A stretch of 39,207 nt of DNA from Octopus bimaculoides (Eukaryota), in the NCBI RefSeq assembly GCF_001194135.2, contig NC_068986.1, forward strand, positions 24,066,579-24,105,785, read 5' to 3'. Made by a program: the position numbers and the translations under genes. Every line of letters starts with the position of its first letter. The first letter of the stretch is position 1. The notes below the pieces were generated by a model. The model saw only the letters and a program-made list of their open reading frames with translations, was not told the origin of the DNA and did not search any database. Of the stretch, positions 1 through 12,273 are shown one piece after another.

Positions 1-1505
1 ATATATATATATATATATAATTTCATATTATATTGATTTGAATATCTTTGAATAAACTGATACCTACGTGCCAATATCTCCCTTTTCTTATTTGTCTCAT
101 TCACAGAGATGACCTCTCATATGAGTTATTTGCCCATTGGATCGGGAAAGACACTATCTCAACCAGAAGTCTGTTTTATTATGCAAAATTTAATTTCCTT
201 GGTGAGAAATATTTACGGATATATCCTATAATTTATTAAATATTTGCTTATACCATATTCGTATGATAAATATTTATTATACGAATATGATACAAACACT
301 ACAGTTTGAATTAATTTTAATTCAAACACAGATTTGCGTTTATTATTTTCGTACTGTGTATCAGCCTTCATCACAATATTTGCGATGAGAGCCATTCAAT
401 ACATAAATCTAATTGTTTTGATATATATAAATATATAAACAGAAGTTTGATAGTAAATTTATCTGAACTATCTTGATATGTTTCCAGTAACAAAACGTCA
501 TATTATTTGACATTATATAAACAAGAAATTAGACATACACCACACGTATGTACTCACTCACAAATACTATATATGTGTGTGTTTATGTGTATGTATATGT
601 GTGTGTGTATTTGTTAGGTATGTATATATATTTTGTGTGTGCCACTACATTCAGGACTAGGGTTAAACATTAAAATGAACGTCTCGTAATTACGTAAGCA
701 AACTGATATATCTGAACGCAGCTGAACTGAAAGCAGATACAAACTATATCATTCTTTCAAATACAAGCAGATCTCAGAAAATTAGGCAAATTCACCAGCC
801 TACTCTTAATAACTCTGGGGAACAGTTTTGAAGATAATTTCCATTGAGTTCGAGGCTTCACTTTATTTAGACTAACATTAGAATGCTGATTTCTAAACTG
901 CCTTCAGTGGTCCTCTATCATTTCAAGTTTGTTGATTTTTTGTGCAACTTTCTTTCTGAACAAACATTTATGTTTAGTCAAAATCAAATGTTAGATCAAA
1001 CTAAACAAAACTTGCATTCCGTGGTGTAATTAGCTAGCTTTCTTTTTCATTTATGTTTTAGTTCTCGATCATTTCCAAACTATGGGCGTCTGTATTTGAA
1101 ATACCCTTTATATTAGATGAATCTGCCGTTATAATAAAAATTCAGCAAAAATCGATCGGATAGTATTACATCTACATCGTGCCCTCAGTACTTCTTCTTT
1201 CCAGGGCAATATCTAAAGCAGATAATTCAGACACTAGACAGCATCAACGTGTTACCGCAATGCACACCGAAAAAGATTTCACACTTTGTGACAATGCAAT
1301 CTGCGCAAAAATGAAATCAGAAGAAATAAACTAAGAAACTAGTGAGGAGGTCAGAAACCTATTTTAACGGGTGATCCATCAAAGTCATATTTTTAACTGA
1401 TCTTTCATCCATTAATCAGACATTCTTTATAAGAACTATTTTCTTTCTCACCTTGGGATTGAGAACAAACGGCAGAGATACATGAGTCACGAAAGGGCTG
1501 TATAT

Positions 1506-1804
1506 NNNNNNNNNNNNNNNNNNNNNNNNNNNNNNNNNNNNNNNNNNNNNNNNNNNNNNNNNNNNNNNNNNNNNNNNNNNNNNNNNNNNNNNNNNNNNNN
1601 NNNNNNNNNNNNNNNNNNNNNNNNNNNNNNNNNNNNNNNNNNNNNNNNNNNNNNNNNNNNNNNNNNNNNNNNNNNNNNNNNNNNNNNNNNNNNNNNNNNN
1701 NNNNNNNNNNNNNNNNNNNNNNNNNNNNNNNNNNNNNNNNNNNNNNNNNNNNNNNNNNNNNNNNNNNNNNNNNNNNNNNNNNNNNNNNNNNNNNNNNNNN
1801 NNNN
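1506..1804. other. assembly gap (N run)
   Basis: N run flanked by (AT)n. Confidence 0.99.
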
Positions 1805-1839
<35 letters not shown>

Positions 1840-1996
1840 TATACATTTTCACACCTATACATACACACGAACTTACATACATGCAAGTGGAAAACTGGAT
1901 TTCATGATATTACATTAAATTCCGCATATGTATATCTATCTAGTTATCTATCTATTTATCTGTCTGTCTGTCGGTTTGCCAGTCTGTGTGTGTATG

Positions 1997-2000
<4 letters not shown>

Positions 2001-2030
<30 letters not shown>

Positions 2031-2098
2031 TGTATGTATGTATGTATGTATGTATGTATGTATGTATGTATCTATGTATGTATGCATGTATGTATGTA
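2001..2098. repeat. (ATGT)n microsatellite
   Basis: direct reading of tandem TATG units. Confidence 0.95.
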
Positions 2099-3404
2099 TA
2101 TCTATGTTCACAACATTTTTATATAAATTTATTGCGATGTGTAAGATTTAGGAGACTAATTTCCCACGAATCATACGCTAACGTAGGAAGAAATGAGGGA
2201 CACATCCTGAAGTGTTGGCGTCGAAGATTTAAGCTTCCAAATAATGTGGTTTGATGGCTGGAATGCTTTTGATTATACAAGTCTGTTAGATCAGAAACCA
2301 TACAGAACGAATGAAATAAATATCGGCTACGTTTGTGATTATCTCTGCCGATAAAATATATATATTTAAAAATCGTGGACACAATATCCTGCTCACACTT
2401 TTGTCTTCAAAAATGTTGTGAATGACTGATTTGTGAGAGTAAACCACTGTTGCAGTTGAATTCATCACGGAAACAAATGTTTACAAATGCGTGTAATACA
2501 CATTTTTTTTATCTGCTTCAAAAGATATATTGCATTCTTATATCTTAACCATAATCTACTCTCGTAAAGACCAAGTTTCTGAAGACTCATGTCTGGAAAT
2601 TTCTACTAAATCTATGGGCACTAGTACTCTGTTTCTTATTAGTCTTTAACGAAAGTGACGATAATCGACAAGTTATATGCCATATGTTTTAAGTATTAAA
2701 ACGTGTGACTGGGTATATCTGTGTGTGTATATGTATGTAATTACGTGTCAAGTTGTTGCACGCAGTCTTCTTTGTAGGAAACTGAAATTTGCATTAGGAG
2801 GTGTCTTTACAGAAGAGAGAAGATAGGTTACACGTGTTGTACGTTGTCTATAAAGTTTTCGCATTTTTATGGTGGCATTTATCCAAGATACATGGCATCA
2901 TTACCATTGTGTTTATTTTAGGTATTCGAGCAAAACCACTTGCTTTAACTAGTGATATCAACATACATACGCATGAATAGTTTTATTTATTTATATATAT
3001 ATTATTTATATTAAGCGCATTACTATACATAAACGCCTCACGCTAGGAGGGACTCTTCAAGTCAAAACTACCATAATATGGGGCGGGGTTCTGTTTTTGT
3101 GGTACTCTATGTGCGTGTATGTGTGTGAGCGTGTATATCTGTGCCTGTGCGCGTGTGTGTGTGCATGTTCATGTCTATGGTTTTGTATGGGAATTGTTTG
3201 TATAACCAGCTCATTAACCAAACGATCAGTTAGTTAGTTGATTAGATATTTAACTAATTGATTTACAATAATGAAGTGTATGGAGTTGAGCCTGTGACTG
3301 TGTTATTATCATTGATACAATGACTCTCCCAAGACACAACAAAATTTGTTTGAACACCCGATTTCACATAAGCAATCTTACAAAGCAAATACAAAAACCG
3401 AACA

Positions 3405-3413
3405 CACACACAC

Positions 3414-3444
<31 letters not shown>

Positions 3445-3480
3445 TGTATGTATGTATGTATGTATTATGTATGTATGTAT
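3405..3480. repeat. (CA)n/(TATG)n compound microsatellite
   Basis: direct reading. Confidence 0.9.
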
Positions 3481-4179
3481 AAGCATATGTACATAAATTC
3501 CATTGGGGTGTGTCTAGTTTCAACATTTTTGACAGCAGCTATCATTTTGAAAAATATTTCAAACGAATTAAGTATAAACTAACATACAGGGAATACTTCT
3601 ACTTTGAAACATGCTACGTTTGGAATCAATTTAAGAATATATAATATAATACCTCTGCGCATCCCTTTATAAATAATTTAGATAGAACACCTAAACTATT
3701 ATTTTTCTCATCAAATATTGGCAGCAACTTTCTTCAAAATGCATTTCACATCGGCGTATACATGACTATACCGGTATACAAGCACATATATTTACATATA
3801 TTTTCTCTGTGTGTGGTATGGGCGGCAAGTGTTGCTAGTGCGGTTGTTTTGCATATACATTGCCCGATAGCATGACAAATTGTAGGTGCTTCGAAGTATT
3901 TTTTCTCCGTTGAGATAAGTTTAATCATATTGTATTCGTCTCTTTTCTTTTAATTAAATTTATGTATTCAATGCATGTTGCCTCGTATCAAATTTTGAAG
4001 GAGAGAGTCTGATGCGATGCAAAATATGAAAATGATAAATTCAAAACCTTGCTTTGCAAAGAAGCGATGCAAAACTAACTTTTTGTATTATATTTCTATT
4101 ATGAACATTTAAGGTATTGCAGAGATACATAAATATACATCTGAAGTAGAAAGTGAAACCTCGTTTCGAAAAGAGATTA

Positions 4180-4184
<5 letters not shown>

Positions 4185-4214
<30 letters not shown>

Positions 4215-4250
4215 TGTATAAAGTGTGCGGGAGAGAGAGAGAGAGAGAGA
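4185..4250. repeat. (TATG)n/(GA)n compound microsatellite
   Basis: direct reading. Confidence 0.9.
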
Positions 4251-5101
4251 GAAGGAGATAAATAGATAGATGAATATAAACATACATATATACATAAAGA
4301 GACGTATGCATAGACACATATATAATATTGCATTATATTATAGATGAATGGGTGTATACGTTTGTGTGGTATGTGCTTGGGGAAATGTCATGGTGGCGTT
4401 AGTGTGAGTGTTTCTAAGAGGTGTACGAGTTACAATATTTTGATGGATTGTCTTTAAAAAGAAATTCTGAAGGAAATAGCCATATTTCTATTCTATTCTT
4501 TGTGGAATTCACTTGTTTTATCTTCAAATGAATATTCTGCCCTCCCACCTTATTTTATCGTTTATTTTAAGCGATAGGTTTATGTAAATGAAATATAGCT
4601 TTCTCACATGATGCCGATTTATATGAAAATATAACCAGATGAGAAAAAAAATTAATAAAATTACGATCGCGCTGCTCTACAAACAGACGCAACTATATAT
4701 ATACACGCGTAGAACTACAGGGTTATGTGCGAACACAAAGTTGTAAAAGAAAGCACTCGATACTAAAAGTCGAATAAATTTTGTTGAAACAGAAATTTCA
4801 TGAATGTCTAAGCCGATTTCTCGGTTCCCATCTTAGGACGATTCCGGAAAAGCTAAAAATGAACATGAAACATACATTCACAGGCACAACCTTACCACCA
4901 CACCCACAGAAACATGAGCACACACGTATACATATATATGTATATAGACGTGTATATACATACGTATATATATTCATATCATCCAAGTGTATATAGACAT
5001 ACAGACTCACATTCACATACACACACAGACATATATATTCATAATATATATACACACAGACATATTTTATGTATATATATATATATGTATATATATGTAA
5101 A

Positions 5102-5140
<39 letters not shown>

Positions 5141-5676
5141 ATGCGTGTCTGCGTGTGTGTATTTGAGCGTTCGTGTGCATATGCTTATACATATCTACAT
5201 AGACATGTCTGCATATGAGTGTATGCGTAAGAACAAGAAGGAAAAAGTATGTTGTACATGCTTAAAGCATTGTTTTCTATTCAACATTTGGGATCTTTCA
5301 TTTAATCACTGATGTGTTGAAACATTCGTAAAATGATACACGAAATATTCCATGCATATAATGAGTAGCATGTTGAAGAATTACTTGACTTTAAAGACCA
5401 CGTAAATTATTCCTTTTGAAAATGAAACAAGCTAGAAAACATTGATTGAAACATTTCTTCAGAATTCATGAATAAATGTGTATTTTTAACACAGATGAGC
5501 ATTAAAGCTAACGTTGATTAATTCGCTAGGATTCTATGGCACATTATGTTTTCGGTATAACTAAGAACAATATACGGTGGGGCGGGGGTAATTATGATAT
5601 ACAAAGAGGATGACGGTAATTATTACTTAGAGTCAGATATATAATGTTCAATCCAATAACAGGTGAGTGAACTGAC

Positions 5677-5678
5677 TA

Positions 5679-5742
<64 letters not shown>

Positions 5743-5758
5743 CATTATTATTATTATT
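5677..5758. repeat. (TAT)n = (AAT)n microsatellite abutting a LINE 3' end
   Basis: direct reading; the poly-L ORF at 5679 is its translation artefact. Confidence 0.95.
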
Positions 5759-5986
5759 GTTCAGTAGTTTTATTTTTATAACGTGCTTTCACTTCACTGC
5801 CGAGCGCAGCTCTGTGCGCCTTGGGTATGTGCTGTGGTTTGCTGTGGTGCTCTTATGTTTACTGTATTGAAAGTGTTTTGCGTAGAATGTGTGCAGTACC
5901 CAGTAGTGCAATTTTCTGTATGTTATATATATTTGTAAGTCCTGGTGTTTTTGTTATGTATTTGTCTGAATATTTTTTTATTATAC
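5759..5986 (-). mobile_element. 3' end of an RLE-type (R4/Dong-like) non-LTR retrotransposon
   Basis: Minus-strand frame ends ...PGLTNIYNIQKIALLGTAHILRKTLSIQ* (stop 5859-5861). This matches the QKxxLLGTAxILRxxL C-terminus of RLE-bearing LINEs. About 100 nt of 3' UTR follows, then (AAT)n. The 5' part lies in the gap. Confidence 0.8.
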
Positions 5987-6678
5987 NNNNNNNNNNNNNN
6001 NNNNNNNNNNNNNNNNNNNNNNNNNNNNNNNNNNNNNNNNNNNNNNNNNNNNNNNNNNNNNNNNNNNNNNNNNNNNNNNNNNNNNNNNNNNNNNNNNNNN
6101 NNNNNNNNNNNNNNNNNNNNNNNNNNNNNNNNNNNNNNNNNNNNNNNNNNNNNNNNNNNNNNNNNNNNNNNNNNNNNNNNNNNNNNNNNNNNNNNNNNNN
6201 NNNNNNNNNNNNNNNNNNNNNNNNNNNNNNNNNNNNNNNNNNNNNNNNNNNNNNNNNNNNNNNNNNNNNNNNNNNNNNNNNNNNNNNNNNNNNNNNNNNN
6301 NNNNNNNNNNNNNNNNNNNNNNNNNNNNNNNNNNNNNNNNNNNNNNNNNNNNNNNNNNNNNNNNNNNNNNNNNNNNNNNNNNNNNNNNNNNNNNNNNNNN
6401 NNNNNNNNNNNNNNNNNNNNNNNNNNNNNNNNNNNNNNNNNNNNNNNNNNNNNNNNNNNNNNNNNNNNNNNNNNNNNNNNNNNNNNNNNNNNNNNNNNNN
6501 NNNNNNNNNNNNNNNNNNNNNNNNNNNNNNNNNNNNNNNNNNNNNNNNNNNNNNNNNNNNNNNNNNNNNNNNNNNNNNNNNNNNNNNNNNNNNNNNNNNN
6601 NNNNNNNNNNNNNNNNNNNNNNNNNNNNNNNNNNNNNNNNNNNNNNNNNNNNNNNNNNNNNNNNNNNNNNNNNNNNNN
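5987..6678. other. assembly gap (N run)
   Basis: N run. Confidence 0.99.
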
Positions 6679-6960
6679 CTTACCCCTCTTTCTATATCCA
6701 TCCGGATTCCACTGTAAAGCACTTTTCGCTGTATTTGGTGTGTCTTTTCTAATTGTGCTACCAATCCACTTCCAATTTTTCTTAAATATTTGCTCCCTAA
6801 TCGAAACTTGATTTGTTCTTTGCCATAGCTCCATATTGCTTATGTGTTCGGGCCATCTAATTTTAAGTATACTACGCAAGCATCTATTAATGAATGATTG
6901 TATTTGCTTATTTGACTTAACTGTTGTTCGCCATGTCTCAGCCCCATGCAATAACAGAAT
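6679..6960 (-). mobile_element. RTE-clade LINE fragment (post-RT C-terminal region)
   Basis: Open frame LLHGAETWRTTVKSNKQIQSFINRCLRSILKIRWPEHISNMELWQRTNQVSIREQIFKKNWKWIGSTIRKDTPNTAKSALQWNPDGYRKRGK. The LLYGAETW, CLRxIL, RWxWIGH and W(N)PxGxRxRG motifs are typical of RTE LINEs. Confidence 0.85.
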
Positions 6961-7871
6961 CATTATTATTATTATTATTATACTAATGAATAAGCATTTT
7001 CTCATTTATATGTTTACTTGTGGTTGTAGAATATTTACAGCAGTAATAAATTATCTTAGTCGAATTCCAATTAAATATTTAACGACATTTATAAATTTGT
7101 ATGAAACTGAAACAAAGAAGACATATGATATCACTGGGGATCTGTTTGCGGATATTTGGACTGAAGGCATATTAACTTTGCAATCATGTATAAGATTTTC
7201 CAAAGATTGAATATTCGTCTTGAGAACTTACAGTAGCACAATCGAATTCCAAAATTGAAACATAGATGCAACACACATAATTTAAACTTAAAGATAAAAC
7301 AAGGTTACTTGAATTGCCAGTGTTCTCCCTTTTTAGCAGATAATTCATGTAAGGCTGTGTGTAGAAATTGAAAGTGCTACAACATGGCAGGGCATCTTTT
7401 AACACACAAAGCGTTAAATTCATTTTGAATTTTATTTTATTCTATAAAGTGCCAAACATTTTGTGGTACAATTATAGAACAACAATGTGTCGTTATTCAG
7501 GTCATAGATGTGCGCCGAATAGTTTAATATTTCATGACATAGACATAAATTTAAGGTGAATTTAATTCCTTGTCTTCGACAATATAACTGCTCTCGGCCA
7601 AATTATAATGGTGTATGATAGTCGTTTCAATTACATTATTCCCATGATTATTTGCATTATTCTCTATAAGACGCGCCAACAAAACAACACACCGTGTATC
7701 ACTTCAAAGATCTTAGGTTAATGCTCCAAACTAAATACTAAAGAAGGCTAAGAAAGGAACCTGAAGAATCTTTAATAACAACGGCGAGATACAACATCCA
7801 TATGAATTACTTATAATATTTTTAATATATATTCCCTACACACACACACACGCGTACAAGAACGCAAATAC

Positions 7872-7908
7872 TCTCTCTCTCTCTCTCTCTCTCTCGCTCT
7901 CTCTCTCC

Positions 7909-7970
<62 letters not shown>
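7872..7970. repeat. (CT)n/(CA)n compound microsatellite
   Basis: direct reading. Confidence 0.9.
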
Positions 7971-7972
<2 letters not shown>

Positions 7973-8124
7973 AATGTAAAACTCAACTTCGCCATGTTTG
8001 ACAGGTGTGAAATTGAAAGAAATATAATATATTAATAATTTCGCTAAAGCACGCGCAGCATAAATAATTTGCATAACACATTTATTGAATATTTTAACTT
8101 TGCAGCGATTGTAGTGTTTTCCAA

Positions 8125-8147
8125 AATATATGTGTATATATATATAT

Positions 8148-8198
<51 letters not shown>
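8125..8198. repeat. (AT)n/(AGAT)n microsatellite
   Basis: direct reading. Confidence 0.9.
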
Positions 8199-8199
<1 letters not shown>

Positions 8200-8469
8200 A
8201 GCGAGAGTGAATGAGGGAGACGGCGATTGTCATAGTACATTACATTTTTGATATTAAATATTTAAAAGGTCACATTTTCGTGCCTTATTTTAAGCTGGTA
8301 GTCACAAACAACTTACTAAATACGCTTAAAATGTCATTTCCCTTAATACTGGTGTGTATAATTATGAATAACTGAAAATTTCAAATAAATTAATAAATAC
8401 ATTATATGAAAAGTAAAATTCAATAATTTAATTAAGAGGACTCTTACAAAGTATAGGGCGTCAAACAAA

Positions 8470-8504
<35 letters not shown>

Positions 8505-8607
8505 TATATACGTATGTATGTATATGTATGTATGTATGTATGTATGCATGTATGTATGTATTTATATGTGTGTGTGTGTCTATCAATCTATCTATCACTT
8601 TCTCTGG

Positions 8608-8641
<34 letters not shown>

Positions 8642-11600
8642 AGAGAGTGAGAAAAAGAGAAATAGATAGATAGATATACACAAATTTTGTTTATACTAAA
8701 ATTACTCTTTACTTCTATTCGTCAGGTGGGGCACGCCCACATGCACACACATAGATGCACTCATACACTTTGGACAGAGAAGCAACTTAATTTCCATAGA
8801 TATTCATTGCAAACACGGCTCTCTTCTAGTGTTATATTTATATAAATATTACGAGTTTTCCATTATGAGTCTACTTAAAACTTCTGACATGTATGTACAG
8901 CGACATTTCTGGATCGCCTCCATAGGAAATAAAATGATTTTAGTTCATTGTTAGTAGTTAAGAATTTTGTCAGATATGTGGCCGTTATTTCCGTACAGGA
9001 TATTTTAAAGAATAGTAGCACAACAATCTCTAGAGACTCTTTCAAAAACTATAGTTCAATACAACCCAATTGTTTATCGACAAATGTTTTAAGTTTAAGC
9101 TCTTTTAGATTACGTCTTAATGTAAGTTAGCAAACGTTTTTGAGAGAAAGGGAAGACAAAATTGCTTCGTGTGTGTTGAAGTTTGGAAGCACAGTAGAGA
9201 CTTGAATCTGTTTAAGAACTAAGGAAGCAGTTGGCTTAAATGACAGAATTACAATGTTAAATATTTCTTGAAGCAAGAATTACAATTGAAGAGGCTGCTC
9301 CTGAAAACATTTGTAGTTATGTCATACAGTTGCATAGTTTCCTCTTATGTCGTGCAGGCTGTTTGCATGTGTCTCATTGCAGTTACAGTCTTCGTCGAAG
9401 TCGTTGTCGTCATCATCATCTTTATTATAATCGAAAGCAACATTAACTGCATTAGCCGTATTAACACGCTCCGCGGTATATGGGTAGAAGTTTATTGCTG
9501 GTGGCAATTGAAGTTTTGAGACGGCAAGCTTCGAACATAGTACGAAATATTTTCGAGCTTTGAAATATATGGCGTAACTCTTTAGAGGCGTAGTGAACCT
9601 GAGAAAGTATGCAAAAGTAATAAAACCTATTGATTTCGTAAGCCCTAATTGTATATCACGCATGGGTAACTAGAGTAATGGTAAAAGGTTAAAAATAAAA
9701 GGTTCCATGAACGCATATTTAGGCAATAAAATTATCGGTTTGGCAATTTCTAATGTTTGCAGGAATATCCGTAATAGAATTTATACCCAGAGATGAGGGG
9801 CGAATATTGTCTAAGTGAGCAAAGGGGAGAGAACCCCGAGCGTTTCCCGTCGGATTACGCAAATCAAACACATTACTAGCATGACTTAAATGACTCTATT
9901 TTAATTTTTCAAACGTTAATATATGCATTTAATTTTTTTCTTTGAAACGGGAGAATCTGTATGATGGCAATCGATCTGCTAGGAACCAGCCTCATTATTA
10001 TGTCCTGCAATCTTCGGAGGGTGTAGCAAGCATTGGGTAATGGAGTGCTAGATTCCCCCAAAAATACGGGTTGGCCATAACTGGAACGCATCTAATCATA
10101 TTAGGTTTGCTTAATCAGTGCTGACCGAGAGATTAAAAAAATAGTGAACCACAGCTATTTTTCCCCTTAACGTCCTTCCTGATATTTTATTCCATTGTTT
10201 TATATCATTGTATCTTATACTTTAGACTTTCGGTCATTATGCAGATTGTATCTTTATAAATATGAATAAGTTATCATTGAAACATATGGATAAAAATATG
10301 TCGTCAGCATTAAGTCGAAGCAAGATATGTGACTAGTGACTAAATGATTTACATTTTCATTAATCGGGAATTACATTCAGTGAAACGTTCCTAATATGTC
10401 CTTTCGTCTAAGCAAAATAAATTACATATGTACCGAACAATAACAAATATGGCAAACAGTTGTTTCACTGAATATAATTTCATTGATTTCTCCATCGTAA
10501 GCACAGAATGAAACGACACGATCTGTTACACGACAGAATATCAACACTGGTTGTCTGCTAATCAGAATAATGAGAGATTTACTGAATATGCGATCATTTA
10601 TAACTATGATTTGATATATTAGGTTCGATGGTGGAATCGTAGCACAACATACACATATTTTTTATGACATGCTTTACGATATCTACACTTCCAAAGTTAA
10701 ATGTATCTGTATATTATCAATGAAAAGCCCTGCCTCTCAATATAAATTACTCCAACCAGTGAACTTCATTTGACTGATTTCATTTCTGTTATATTTATTC
10801 ATTAATTTTTGTGGCAAGTTATCACATGTTGCCGATTAGTCCACATTCAAGTGCATCATAATCAAAAGAATTTCAGCTTTCACCGTCTCATCTCTTTTTC
10901 AGATAACATATATAGAACTACAATATTCAATATATCCTTACATTTTTAAGGCGAGGCACTGTGATAAGTTAGACATTTGGCTGTGAATCAGTGCATGTAA
11001 CGTAGCTATAGAGTGAACCTCTCTCTGGTTTATTCACTAATTTTCTTGAACCCCGGTTTTCATTGTCTCCAATGTCGCATCTGCTCGAGTACATCAATTA
11101 ATAAAAGCTTCGTAGACATTACGTTTTCATGTTTTTACATTATCATTTGTGTGGGGAAGATTTGGCTGATGTTGCTAACTAATGTACTAGCCTCAAAGAC
11201 TCTCATCTACGGCATCAGTAATTTACGTCATCCACTTTCATGACAATATGTAAACAAAAAAAAAAAATCAAGAAATTATAAGATAAATTTTTTTAAAAGT
11301 ATTCGTAGGGCTTGTTTGAACAAGTAAACTCGAAAATACGTGAAGAGAAAAGAAAGTGATGACCAAGCAAAAATTAATTAGTTCGAAAATGGTTCAGAGG
11401 AAAGTTAGTAATGAGTTGTGGAGACAACATGGTAAATAGCTGAATAAGATCAAGGGATGAGGTCAGTATGTAAATATTTTTATCTAAATAGATCTTACGA
11501 TTTCGGCGATAAATATTATTTTTTGACCAACTAAATGACATATTTATTGTATTATAATGTAATTAGTTCGTTCCTCCATCATCACTTGCGTTGTAAACGT

Positions 11601-12273
11601 AATTCTCAAGCGCAATTGGCACGTTGTAATGCATAACAAAATAGGCAGTCCATCTTGTTTGCTTCCAATATCTCTCACAAGAGATACGTCAGCCAGATGT
11701 TACTCTAAAGATATTCGAAATAACATACAGGAGTGTGAAAGGATGCATCATGAGAACGAAAGTATCTGCAAACACTCGGCCGTGCCTGTGTTCACATATA
11801 GACATATCAACGTAAACACACGTCTAAATTCGCATACACAGAAACAGTATTACATTAAGACGAATAGCTGGATTGTATTTTATGCGCTTTTATACTTAAT
11901 CCTCGAGAAAGAAAGGAATGTATATAAGATAGAAATAGACACCGATTATCAAGTGTTTCGATATGATTGCACCAGAAATTTTGAAATATATTATAATTTC
12001 CGAGATTGGTGACATGTCAGTCTGAGAATCGGAAATGCTCAAGTTGAGCAGAGAAGCCAAATACATTATTGACGAAAATTTCAATCTGAAAGAGTGAAAA
12101 CGGAATTGATATCAAACTGACACCCTTTATTTTGCATCCGCTGTTTGAAACCATACCTTCTAGCATGCTATTTCGCTTCTACCTCATGATTAGATTCGAT
12201 AATGAACTTCACATATATGAACTGCAATATGTTATACTCAAGATATTATGGAGAACCTCAATGTGACTAATAA

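Noticed and set aside
1452-1497. Minus-strand 46-nt candidate exon with a CAAG|gtgaga donor
   Set aside because: The acceptor abuts (AT)n and a gap, and the peptide is uninformative
2150-2310. Coding-looking stretch (MWFDGWNAFDYTSLL...)
   Set aside because: Bounded by stops with no splice pair; it may be a dispersed repeat fragment, but this cannot be shown within the window
3767-3778. Palindrome TATACCGGTATA
   Set aside because: 12-bp AT-rich palindrome, expected by chance
5631-5662. Short candidate exon ending at a strong ACAG|gtgagt donor (MFNPIT)
   Set aside because: Too short to assess and not linkable to other exons
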